DNA from: Eledone cirrhosa
Taxonomy: Eukaryota
Reading direction: 5' to 3'
Assembly: GCA_964016885.1 (NCBI GenBank)
Contig: OZ024740.1
Span: 383,470,001 to 383,534,000 of the forward strand
Length of the DNA stretch: 64,000 nt
In this document: positions 1 through 10,809 of the stretch, in pieces
How positions within the stretch are numbered: the stretch's first letter is position 1
Layout of the letters: every line of letters begins with the position of its first letter
The notes under the pieces: generated by a model
What the model saw: only the letters and a program-made list of their open reading frames with translations
The model's database searches: none
Told to the model about the DNA's origin: nothing
Program-made: the position numbers and the translations under genes

Positions 1-980
1 GTTTGGCAGGCTGTCAACCGACATTCTGCCAGACTTGTCTGTTGGAAAGCATGCTATCTCTCCATTACGCGAGCGCTGCATGAGCTTACGCAAGCCATTT
101 GCAGATTCTTCTCCCAGTTGCTGGGCCTCTATTCTATTATGCTTCTTGCTATACTGTTCTATAATATTTCTAAGTTCGGATTTAGCTATACTAAATTGTG
201 CTTCTGTTTGTTCATCGACCTGCGACGGCAACTGCGTGCGTTTGTTAAATGGCAAAGTCGTGGCGTGGACTCGTCGTAGGTCGAATGATTTATCGGAGGG
301 GTTATAAAACGGAGAGTTCCAGGCTGCTGCTTTATGTGTACTAGTGCTATTGTTATTGTTGGTTGTGTTGTTTCTATTTCCACCAACAACAGCAGCCTCA
401 GCTTCATGGTTGTTTCTATGTCTCTCATAATTACTCCTGTCTCTTTCCACTGGCTCAATGTTGTTATCTACCCTATTTTGTGTGTCTGTGTGTTCGTCTT
501 GGTTATTCTCTTTGTCCTTAGTCTCCCATCTCCTTTTCCTTTTAATCCTATTACTATTACTTTCTCTTATTTCTCTGATTTCTGTGCTACTGTCATTACT
601 TTTTTTCTGTGTTTGTGTGTTTGTTAAGATTGTGGTGGTGGTGAGAGGCATTGAATGCGTGTGTGTTGTTGTTGTTGATGTGTGTTGTTGTTGATGTGTG
701 TTGTTGTTGTCTCCGTGTGTGTGTGTGTTATCGTTGTTGTGTGTGTTGTTATTGTTGTTTGTGTTTGCGTGTCTGTTGTTGTTGTATCTGGGTATGTTGC
801 TATTGTTGTTGTTGTTGATGTGTGTATTGTTGTTATTGTTGTCTCCGTGTGTGTTGTTATTGTTGTTTGTGTCTGCGTGTCTGTTGTATCTGGGTATGTT
901 GCTATTGTTGTTGTTGTATCTGGGTATGTTGCTATTGTTGTTGTTATTGTTGTTTGTGTCTGTGTGTCTGTTGTTGTTGG
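1..980 (-). mobile_element. PLE ORF N-terminal region, running off the left edge of the window (not in the ORF track)
   Basis: Minus frame read open from 660 to 1: RKRRWETKD...SFDLRRVHATTLPFNKRTQLP...GLRKLMQRSRNGEIACFPTDKSGRMSVD. This contains the PLE DKG-type motif (TDKSG). It is preceded by Thr/Asn-rich repeats. Confidence 0.75.
655..980. repeat. (GTT)/(GT)-rich minisatellite with recurring GTATCTGGGTATGTTGCTATTGTTGTT units
   Basis: The unit recurs at ~784, ~886 and ~916. It accounts for the Val/Cys-rich artefactual start of ORF 682..2280. Confidence 0.85.
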
Positions 981-981
981 G

Positions 982-2280
982 ATGTTCAAATTTAATGGTA
1001 AAACATATGCCCAAGAGGAAGGAGCAGCCATTGGTGTTAACATTGCAGGCGACATAGCTAACTTATTCATGGTATGGTGGGACAGTACACTTAAACAAAA
1101 ACTTAATGAACAATTAGAAGACAGCTTAACCCTGCTAATGTACTCCCGCTACGTAGATGATATAAACATCGTAGTTAAGACACCCCCACTAAAGAACAGT
1201 CAGGAACTAGAGAAAAACACAATGGAAAGCATCCAGCAAATAGCAAACCCCATCCACCAGAGCATTAGAGTTACTATAGACTACCCAAGTAGACACCCCA
1301 ACCATCGATTACCTGTACTAGACACAGAGCTCTGGTTAGATACAATTAACAACCAAAAACAAATCCTCCATTCCCATTATGCCAAACCCATGACTTCCAA
1401 ACATCTGATCCACCGAAACTCGGCCATTTCGGACCATACCAAAATCAACATACTGATTGCGGATTTGGTACGGGTGATGAGAAATGTGTCCCGCATGTGC
1501 AACCCCGAAGAACTAGAGAGACACATACAACACTTCATCCACCGTATGCAGTTCTCTGGCTACAATCAGAGAGATAGAATCAGAGTGTATAAAGGAGCCA
1601 GAACCAAATGGGAAAAAATGGTAAATAATGACATAAATGGGACCTGCCCCTTGTATAGGAGCAAATTTTGGAATAGAATAGAAAGAACTAAGAACAAGGC
1701 CAATAGAATAAACTCATGGTATGATAGCAATAAATACCAGAGTGTAATGTTCATCAATACAACCCCTAGAGGCGAACTAGCCTACAAATTTAGAAGGGGC
1801 CTAAAGAAAAATAATCTCAATATTAAGATAGTAGAAAGACCTGGTACCTCCGTAAAAACACTTATTAGCAAGACATACCCGTTCCAAAGACCCTCATGTA
1901 TAGATAAGAAATGTATAACCTGTAAAATAAGCCCCCATATTAACTGTAAAACTAGAAATGTAGTATATAGCATAAGATGTACTGAAGGACAATGTAGAAA
2001 CAAAAATATAGTGTACATAGGTGAGACAGCTCGTAGTATAGGGGAACGAATAAATGAACACTGGCGAGACCTCCAAGATAATAAAGAATCATCTGTGCTC
2101 TACCAACATGCTAAGATAGAACACAGGGGTAAATTAGAGAGCATAGAAATAAAAATAGAATCCACACACAAGAAAGACGCAATGTTTAGGCAAATTACAG
2201 AGGCAGTAAGCATAAAAGAATTAAAACCAAAATTAAATAGAAAATATGAGTGGAACAGCAACATCACAACTTACAATTAA
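982..2280 (+). CDS. Neptune-like PLE (family A): RT C-terminal half, Cys-rich linker and GIY-YIG endonuclease, 5'-truncated
   Basis: QEEGAAIG, RYVDD, LPVLD, Zn-linker CIDKKCITC, NVVYSIRC...YIGETAR...RINEH, ITEA...PKLN. The first 100 codons of the listed ORF are repeat-derived. Confidence 0.9.
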   Translation: MFKFNGKTYAQEEGAAIGVNIAGDIANLFMVWWDSTLKQKLNEQLEDSLTLLMYSRYVDDINIVVKTPPLKNSQELEKNTMESIQQIANPIHQSIRVTIDYPSRHPNHRLPVLDTELWLDTINNQKQILHSHYAKPMTSKHLIHRNSAISDHTKINILIADLVRVMRNVSRMCNPEELERHIQHFIHRMQFSGYNQRDRIRVYKGARTKWEKMVNNDINGTCPLYRSKFWNRIERTKNKANRINSWYDSNKYQSVMFINTTPRGELAYKFRRGLKKNNLNIKIVERPGTSVKTLISKTYPFQRPSCIDKKCITCKISPHINCKTRNVVYSIRCTEGQCRNKNIVYIGETARSIGERINEHWRDLQDNKESSVLYQHAKIEHRGKLESIEIKIESTHKKDAMFRQITEAVSIKELKPKLNRKYEWNSNITTYN

Positions 2281-2590
2281 GGACAAAATGAAAACACACA
2301 CACACATAGAACAAACAACTTACAATTGAAAACACACACAAAATGAAAACACACACAAGACAAAATGAAAACACACACACACATAGAACAAACAACCAAC
2401 CAACAATAAATAAATAAATAAACAAACAAATAGAAAAATATAAATAGAAAAATAGAAAAATGAACACAAACACACACAGACACCCGGATGTGGCGCATGC
2501 GCAAACTGAGCACGCAACCCACACACAAACAAAATGGTGTAGGATAGAAGAAAAGAAAAGAAAGGCACAGAAACGAAGAAAGAAATCCCC

Positions 2591-2635
2591 AGTCACTGAA
2601 GAGGTCACAGAGTGTGTGACGAAAGAACTATGACT
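2591..2635 (+). ncRNA. Minimal type-I hammerhead ribozyme (family A pLTR)
   Basis: AGTCA-CTGAAGA-G-GTCACA(gagtg)TGTGAC-GAAA-GAAC-TA-TGACT. Stem I is AGTCA/TGACT, with one extra nucleotide after A9. Confidence 0.8.
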
Positions 2636-2802
2636 ATATATATATAAACAACTATCTGGTTGTGGAACCAACCAACCAACCAGAAATTTATAAATTTGTA
2701 AATTTATAAATATATAATAAATTAAATTGAAGTGAAAGCAACTGGTGCGTGTGTTTCTTATTGGCAACATGACCCTCCCAAAGTATAACAATATATATAT
2801 AT

Positions 2803-3044
2803 ATTAAAATAACAGATTAAAGTTTAAGCAAAGAATCGCTGCTTTCACCCTTAGCGGGATCTTCTGAAACTAATAAAGTCAATCTGTAAACGCAGAATGG
2901 ATATTTCAAAAAACGTTGCAACCGGAGGAAGACAGGAAGACGATACTTTAGTTCGTGGTAACGTTCGCTGGCAAAGAACGGGAAAAAACGAATAATACGT
3001 CATTAATAGGAGCGGTGAAAAACAATTACGCGCGTTTATGGTAT

Positions 3045-3045
<1 letters not shown>
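2803..3045 (-). mobile_element. Family G repeat fragment between (AT)n tracts
   Basis: 2803-2872 is near-identical to the left arm of the 58102-58257 fold-back. Confidence 0.65.
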
Positions 3046-3243
<198 letters not shown>

Positions 3244-3946
3244 GCAGATACATTGTAGGTCGCTTTATTTATTCAAAAAACTTCTAGCAATAAACATCAA
3301 CCCTTTGTACGCCATTCATCTAACTGTAGACCAACAAATACCAACTAAACGGAGCGTTTACAAGAACGATGGCGAATGAAGCTTCGAGGTAAGCAGTTTC
3401 TTCCCGAGCTGTTAGTTCAATCGGGATTCTCTGCTACACCTTTTCGTAATAATACCAAACAACTTACTGCTGGTCACTCCTTCCTCCAAAAGCCGTACAA
3501 AGCGGACATGTGCATCGGGTAGATGGATGTGGTGCAAATCTACACAAGGCCTACGCGAGAAATTCGCAAGGGATTGCACCGAGAGGGATAGAGAGAAAGA
3601 GTAACTTAGTGGAATTAGTGCGAATAAACTTTTGAGGTAAGTAGCTTACGCTTTACTGCTATGACACTGGAACCTTCTGCCAACTTAACCTGTGACTTTC
3701 TCTTTCACATTTACTCCAAATGGCCAAAACAGAGGAGTATGAATAGAAGGGGCTCAACAATATTTCTATGAATAATGCACGTAGACAGCTAAACTGTACT
3801 TTCAACTGCTTAATTTTCTCCAAATAAAACAAGTTTCTTGTCGGTGTATTTTCGTGAGTTTTTAACAGGCACTCACAAATAAACCTTTCTCATTGGAGGA
3901 GCTATTACCAGTGTTCTTACCCGTGCGATGCCGCGATACACTGCTA

Positions 3947-4029
<83 letters not shown>

Positions 4030-4295
4030 GGTGTCTGTGCGTACATGTGTTGGCTCCTGTTGTTATCATCTACTACATTTCCATGATAAGAGATAGGTCA
4101 ATCCGAGCCGAGCCTGCAGTAGAAGAATTTTTCCTGACTTACAAACGCAGTCCGACTGGCCCCGAATCAATGGGCTTGCATAACAAGCTCCTTTGCCATA
4201 GAAGTATTCCTGCATCATATTTCATTAATTGTTTACTATAGCAGAACTATATCTGCATTGATATTGCGAATTTATTATTATTTTTTCTTTATCAG

Positions 4296-4480
4296 TGGAT
4301 TGGCAGTAGGGAGCCGGACGCCATGATTTTCAGCATAAAGATACGGCCAATTATGATCTGAGTTCAAAACCAACCGAGGTTAACATTACCATTCATCCTT
4401 ACGGGCTCGATAAAATAAAGTACCAGTAATACACTGGGGTAATTGCTGGCCTTGTGCCAAAAGTAGAAACAATTGTTATT
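4296..4480 (+). mobile_element. tRNA-derived SINE with Nin-like domain
   Basis: TGGATTGGCAG A-box-like, GAGTTCAAAACC B-box-like, CATCCTTACGGGCTCGATAAAATAAAGTACCAG core and (ATT) tail. Matches copies at 48.2, 57.8 and 59.3 kb. Confidence 0.8.
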
Positions 4481-5827
4481 TTTTTTTATCACTGCTGGTT
4501 AATCTTACGACATATAAATATCGGAGCAAGAAGTCTATGATCCATTTGACTTAAATACTATTTCCGGTTCAAATTGAAATCACAATATTAAACAATGATT
4601 TCTACCACAACATGAAGACAAACAAGGAATTTTGGTAGAGAGAGAATAGTTGGAAGACTGTCAGATTGACCATTTATGTTCATGTGTAGCACACTTATTC
4701 CGTTGTCCAGTTTAGTAGGTGCATCTTGCCATTTACATGATTCTATTTTCTTAGGGGCAATCTAGGCTCACCTCCAGTCTTAAAATACCATTCTTACAAC
4801 CAGTCTGCTAGAAGAATCCCGAGTGTGTAGATTCCTTTACTCAATAAATGTTAACTATGCATTCGACACTAGAGATGTAATGTTTAAGTCCTCTTTTGCA
4901 GGGTCCACACTGGATATTTTATATATAATTTAAGCAAATTTATAACCTTTAAGTTGCTACCTCTTCGAGAAAATTTATGAATCTACACCATTCACTAAAA
5001 TACATATACATGTGTGTATGTATGAGTACTTATATCTAAGTGTGTGCGCGCCTTTATGTCTGCTATAAATCAAACTAATATCTATGATCCTACAGCGATA
5101 GTGACAGATTCCTCGAGCTAGTTGTCAAGGAAGTGTGCTGGGTTCTCGGAAAACTGGCTTGGTTGCGTACTTTTCTTTTCTCACTCCTTTCCTATTTTTT
5201 CTCGGTATTTTCTAAAGTAGAAGGAAGGTGAATGTTATATTCTGTTTTGTTTTGATTAGATCACAAATACACGGTTACATATGAGAAACACATTAAGAAC
5301 CAAACATAAATCATAGTAATATGGATATGACTATAAAGATATATAAATTCGTTTCTTTAATATAATAATAAAGAATTTTACCTAAGCGGCAAGAAAGTTT
5401 ATGTAAACACGGGAATTTATATATAAACGTATTTTCTTCAAGCCTTAATCTGAAGATCGAAAACGGGGAACAGCTTGATGTTAGTTTCGATTGTAGCTGG
5501 AGTCAATTGTCTACATCTGTTATAGGCCATATTGAAATACCCAACTAAAGTATTTGCAAACCTATCAGCGCTTCAGTACCTTGTCGAAATCATTGAGAGA
5601 CCCACATGGACTGAAAGAAACACAAGATCGTGTTACAGACATATAAAATCAGTCTAAATCTAAATTTGCAGACAGAAACACCAATCGAGCTTTAAAAAGC
5701 AATCGAAGGAGGATAAAGAATAGTGTATCAGTGGCGACGGAGTAACTCTAGAATGTACAGCTCATGAACTGGAACAGGTAAGGAGTATATGTGTGTGGAT
5801 ATATTAATATATATATATATATATATA

Positions 5828-6505
5828 AGAGAGTATTGAAGTTTGCTTGAAGCATTGTGGAATAATAAGATATATTTTCTTTAGGTCGTTTTGGAAGCCT
5901 CAACATTGCAGATGGGTAATTCTCCGGGTAACAAGATCCGGTGGTGAAGAGAGAGATATAAGTGAATGTAGAATGAGATGTATAGTGTGTAGAAGAACGT
6001 AGGAAAGATCGTATAAAATAAACATAATAACACGAGATAGAGTTACCTTGGGAGAGATTTAATTGTCCCTATGTATTTCGGATTCAGATCCATCAACTGG
6101 GGGGGGGGGGTGTTAAGATTATCTGTCGGATAGGTGCGAAACGTGTCCTCCGCTGTTCGTTGTTTTGAATATCGTATATATGTCAGATATTCAAAACAAC
6201 GAACAGCGGAGTACACGTTTCGCACCTATCCGACAGATAACTCCCACCCCCACCCACCACCCGGGAAACCCCCCAAGTGATGGGTGTGAATCCGAAATAT
6301 ATAGGGACAATTAAATCTCTCCCAAGGTAACTCTATCTCGTGTTATTATGTTTATTTTATACGCTCTTTCCTACGTTCTTCTACACACTATACATCTCAT
6401 TCTACATTCACTTACATCTCTCTCTTCACCACCGGATATTGTTACCCGGAGAATTACCCATCTGCATTGTTGAGGCTTCCAAAACGACCTAGAGAAAATA
6501 TATCT
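5828..6505. mobile_element. Fold-back of the PLE family B 3' pLTR (arms ~5869-6173 and 6186-6505, ~12-nt loop, 41-nt left tail)
   Basis: The arms are reverse complements and match 51126-51450, the 3' end of the family B element. Flanked by (AT)n. Confidence 0.9.
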
Positions 6506-6510
6506 ATATA

Positions 6511-7360
6511 TCGTTTCTGAATTTGTTTAGCAAGATTCTTTATCTGAAAATGTGTTTTGAAACCGATATTGTTATACTTTGGGAGGGTCATGTTGCCAAT
6601 AAGAAACACACGCACCAGATGCTTTCACTCCAATTTATTATAAATTAAAAAATAAAATTTTTTTTTTTTTAAATTTATAAATTTCCGGTTGGTTGGTTCC
6701 ACAATCGGACGGTTGTTCATATATGGTCAAAGTTCGTTCGTCACACATGTTGTGACCTCTTCAATGACTGGGATTCTTTTCTTTGTTTTGTGCCTCTCCT
6801 TTGTTCTGTCCTACGCCATCTTGTTTTTGTGTGGTGTGTGCTTAGTTTGCGCATGTGTTACATCCGGGTGTCTGTGTGTGTTTTTATTTGTTTAGTTATT
6901 TGTTTATTTACATGTTACTGGTTTGTTGTTTGTTCTATGTATGTGTGTTTTCAATTTGTCCTTAATTGTAATTTGTGATGTTGTTATTCCATTCATGTTT
7001 TCTATTTAATTTTGGTTGGAGTTCATTTATGTTTATTGCCTCTGTGATATGTCTAAACATTGCATCTTTTCTGTGTGTAGATTTCATTTTTATTTCTATG
7101 TTCTCTAATGTGCCCTTATGTTCTATTTTAGCATAGAAAAGAATCCCCAGTCACTGAAGAGGTCACAAAATGTGTGACGAAAGAACTTTGACAATATATG
7201 AACAACCGTCCGGTTGTGGAACGAACCAACCAACCGGAAATTTATAAATGTTGAAAAAAAAAAGATTTTTTTTAATTTTTTAATTTATAATAAATTGGAG
7301 TGAAAGCGTCTGGTGCGTGTGTTTCTTATTGGCAACATGACCCTCCCAAAGTATAACAAT
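6511..7360. mobile_element. PLE family A: minus-strand 3' fragment (6511-7134) plus inverted pLTR (7135-7360, +)
   Basis: Both parts match 2107-2791. The left arm carries an extra ~57-nt tail. Confidence 0.9.
7149..7192 (+). ncRNA. Hammerhead ribozyme, family A
   Basis: GTCA-CTGAAGA-G-GTCACA..TGTGAC-GAAA-GAAC-TT-TGAC. A mutated mirror copy lies at 6726-6769 (-). Confidence 0.75.
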
Positions 7361-7441
7361 ATATATATATATCCAGAGAATTTCCGACGGATAAGGTTGA
7401 ATCTTCATGGTTACGTCTTTATTTATGAAACAAACTTGGTG

Positions 7442-7502
7442 TTTTATCTGATGAAAGCGAACCAAGGTTGGCTTGGTTGCCCTTGAAATATATATAATAA
7501 AA
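7442..7502 (+). ncRNA. Minimal hammerhead ribozyme with palindromic stem III, in a ~180-bp insert between (AT)n tracts
   Basis: TTTTAT-CTGATGA-AAG..AACCAAG(gttgg)CTTGGTT..CTT-GAAA-TATATA-TA-ATAAAA. Confidence 0.8.
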
Positions 7503-7546
7503 TAAATATGGTTTTATAAATATAGTTTCCATTTATTTAATATCAT

Positions 7547-7631
<85 letters not shown>

Positions 7632-7656
7632 CCATTTGTATATTAAATGTGATAGG

Positions 7657-7688
<32 letters not shown>

Positions 7689-7689
7689 A

Positions 7690-8125
7690 CTGATTAATGT
7701 TCAGAGCCATCCTCAGCATTCTCGTGTAGCACCCATCCACCATCTAAGTGAGTTTCTTGGTCAGTGTCCAAGTCTCAGACCCATACAGCAGCACAGACTC
7801 CACTACAGCAATGAAGAGGCGGACCTTCAGGTCTCTACGTAGGTCCGACTTCCACACCGATCTCAAGCTGTGGCACGCCGCCCAGGCCTTGCACTTCCTC
7901 TGAACCACATCATCTTCCGTATTCCCAATCTTTGCTCCCAAATACAGGAAGCCCTCAACCAATTCCAGCGGAAGAGGAAGACCAAGGTTAATGTATGTTG
8001 ATGCCCTAAGGACAGACACTGGTCTGTTGGAGACGCAGGACATGGCAGCGATAATGAGGGACAGAGACCGCTGGAGAGAACTCGTCCATGGATCTCGGGA
8101 ATTTTACCCGCCTTAGATAGATAGA
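7690..8125. mobile_element. RTE-like LINE 3' fragment with internal inversion
   Basis: Minus 7960->7690: VESVLLYGSETWTLT...[11 protein letters not shown]. Plus ~7961-8116: RGRPRLMYVD...MRDRDRWRELV*, followed by a (TAGA)n tail. Confidence 0.8.
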
Positions 8126-8131
8126 TATATA

Positions 8132-8406
8132 TAACGAAGGAGGTGTGGTAATGAACCAGATGGACCATAACACACCAAAGTACTCAATACTTAGGGTAGT
8201 AGAGTGGGTAATAGGAACATGTTTAACCCCGACGGCAGAGCTCAAGCCGTTTCGACGGCTATTCCTGAAGTCCAGAAATAGCCGTCGAAACGGCTTGAGC
8301 TATGCTGTCGGGGTTAAACATTTTCCTATTACCCACTCTTACCCTAAGTATTGAGTACTCTGGTGTGTTATGGTCCATCTGGTTCATTACCACACCTCCT
8401 TCGTTA
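8132..8406. mobile_element. Family D ~275-bp palindromic element
   Basis: Near-perfect inverted repeat centred at ~8268 with (AT)n on both sides. Relatives at 13143-13349, 15439-15500 and 39720-39963. Confidence 0.9.
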
Positions 8407-8418
8407 TATATATCTATC

Positions 8419-8449
<31 letters not shown>

Positions 8450-9745
8450 AGAGAGAGAAAAAAAGAGAGAGTGCGAGGGAGAGAGTGAGAGAGAGCAATG
8501 GAAGTGCGTGTATATAAATATAGTGAAGAGAGTGGTGAAACGGAGAGAGAAAAGAGAGAGATGGACCCTCATTTGTATGAAAAGTATGAAGGGCAAAGTT
8601 CACTACGATGGCATGTGAACTCACCGCATAGAGAGCGGGATTACATTCCGCACTAATTCATTTGCTATGTTATACCCGTGCATATATACCTCAGCAGACA
8701 CATAGACACACATACGTACATGTATACATACATTAGATACATACATACATATGTTTAAAAGCATAATACACATATACATACATGATAAAAACTAATACGT
8801 GTAGGAAGGTGGAGGGTATGTATGTGTCTATTTTATGTATTATTGTATCTGGTTGCGATTCGTTATTTCTTGGATAACAATCTTCAGTTTAGTAATAAAT
8901 ATTCAACACTGACATTTCTCAATGGTTTCACATCGTTGCACCCAAATCAACAACCATTAATAATTTAATCTGTTTTTGTTTTGTTATGTTGTTGTTTTTT
9001 TTTTGTTTTTTTTTCTATACTCACACATATACACAACGATTTGTTTCTATTTACAGATTTTTTTTAACTTTTGCTATTTTACTGTTGCTTATTTTATGAA
9101 AAGATATCGAGAATTCAATCGTCCATAAGGCTATTAACTAGAAATAACAATTACTAACCACCATCATCGTAACAGTAACAAGGATTCCATTCAACTTTAC
9201 AGATTATTATAGGAAATAGACAGAGATACGTACACAGACTCAAACGGACAAACACACAGAGACGCGCACACATATACAAACGCAGACACATACACACGCC
9301 AGCACAATACGTTCAGATTGAAGGAGAGGCATAGATTCCTACACACACTAGCAAATGCACATACGCATACAGAATATAATTTTTTAAAGTACGAAGTTTC
9401 TATATTTGATAAATTACGCAATGTAGAGTTTGTACATTTACATGAGAACCTTAACTCTACAAGCGATATCAGCCGATTCGATCCATATTGGTGTTGCTGT
9501 ATCTAGAATAAAATGGATGATATAAGCCATAGAACAACACTTCTAATAATATATATGTATGCTTGTACCCACACATACACACCCACACGTTGAAACGCAT
9601 ATATACATACACAGCCATGTATATATTCATATACACTAACCATATATACCTTTACAGACACATGCATATGCTTCCTCCCTACACACGCACACGTGTCGTA
9701 ATTGAATTATAGTTTAGGTGTTCAATTCATATGTGTGCGAAGAAA

Positions 9746-9809
<64 letters not shown>

Positions 9810-10276
9810 CGTATGGGGAATGTATATGTGTGTGCGTGTGTGTGTGTGTGTGAGTGTGTGTGTGTATATATACATTTATGAGATTGACAAATCAAGTGAA
9901 ACTAACATTTATTGCATTCATAGTAATAAACAAAACAATCACCAAAAATCACTTTAAATTGACAAATATGTTCCTAACATCTTAATGTTTACATATATGG
10001 TTGAAATCAGAACATTCGTACTGTCAACAAAATCTCTATACGGTTCAACTACACAGCAAGTCTCCGATATCCGAATGGCTAAATGTCAGCAGAAGGGCAT
10101 GAATGACTCATGACCTGGATGCGGCCCGGCCTAATTTAGGTTTAAGAAATTTAGGACCGAAACAGACGCTGAGGAGCATTTTACTCTGAAGGCCTTCTCC
10201 TGACTAGGTCTCTGTAGAGATTGTTACCAGAATATTTTCATAAATACTGATTTTCTTGTTGAACACTGTAAGTAAA

Positions 10277-10704
10277 TATATATATATATATATATATTCG
10301 CCGAAAATAAGTAAGTGACATAGTCACTACTTGAAAACTGATAGCGTATGGTCTTCTAAATGTTTTTAATTAAACATATGGTATATTGCCATATATACTA
10401 TACATAAATTCATGTATACATCACTATTTCTGAGCACCAATACTAATACCTAATTTTTGCTGGACCGGCAATCGCTCTGTATAATCAGCTCCTGATTATT
10501 GCTGGAATTCTATAAGAATCCACCTTCTATAATTTTCGGCGAAAGCAGGGAAGTACGTGGCTCTGATGAACGCCAACCAGTGCGAAACAGACTCTCAGCT
10601 TATCCGCCTTATTTAGCAGAAAATAAGTAAGTGACATAGTCACTACTTTTAAACTAATACCGTATGGTCTTCTAAATGTTTTTAATTAAACATATGGTAT
10701 ATTG

Positions 10705-10710
<6 letters not shown>
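10277..10710 (+). mobile_element. Retrozyme-like unit: ~90-bp direct repeats (10284-10390, 10620-10707) bracketing a hammerhead
   Basis: GAAAATAAGTAAGTGACATAGTCACTACTT...GGTATATTGCCA occurs twice, ~336 bp apart. (AT)n flanks. Confidence 0.65.
10559..10600 (+). ncRNA. Hammerhead ribozyme, slightly decayed
   Basis: GGCT-CTGATGA-aCGC(caacca)GTGc-GAAAC-AGACT-CTC-AGCT. One mismatch in stem III. Confidence 0.6.
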
Positions 10711-10752
<42 letters not shown>

Positions 10753-10775
10753 ATACAGACCGTGTGATTTTTATA

Positions 10776-10809
<34 letters not shown>

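Larger units (their letters stand above)
982..2791 (+). mobile_element. PLE family A copy, ORF plus 3' pseudo-LTR ending CAAAGTATAACA|(AT)n
   Basis: The 3' end is shared with copies at 6568-7360, 13830-14097 and 49073-50000. Confidence 0.9.

Noticed and set aside
682-981. Val/Cys-rich N-terminus of the 532-aa ORF as a membrane domain
   Set aside because: It is the antisense translation of a minisatellite on the other side of an inversion junction.
5450-5640. CTGAAGA followed by hairpins
   Set aside because: No consistent stem I/GAAA/UH arrangement.
8855-8892. CTGAAGA-TTG..CAA-GAAA on minus
   Set aside because: No stem I or III. Expected by chance in AT-rich DNA.
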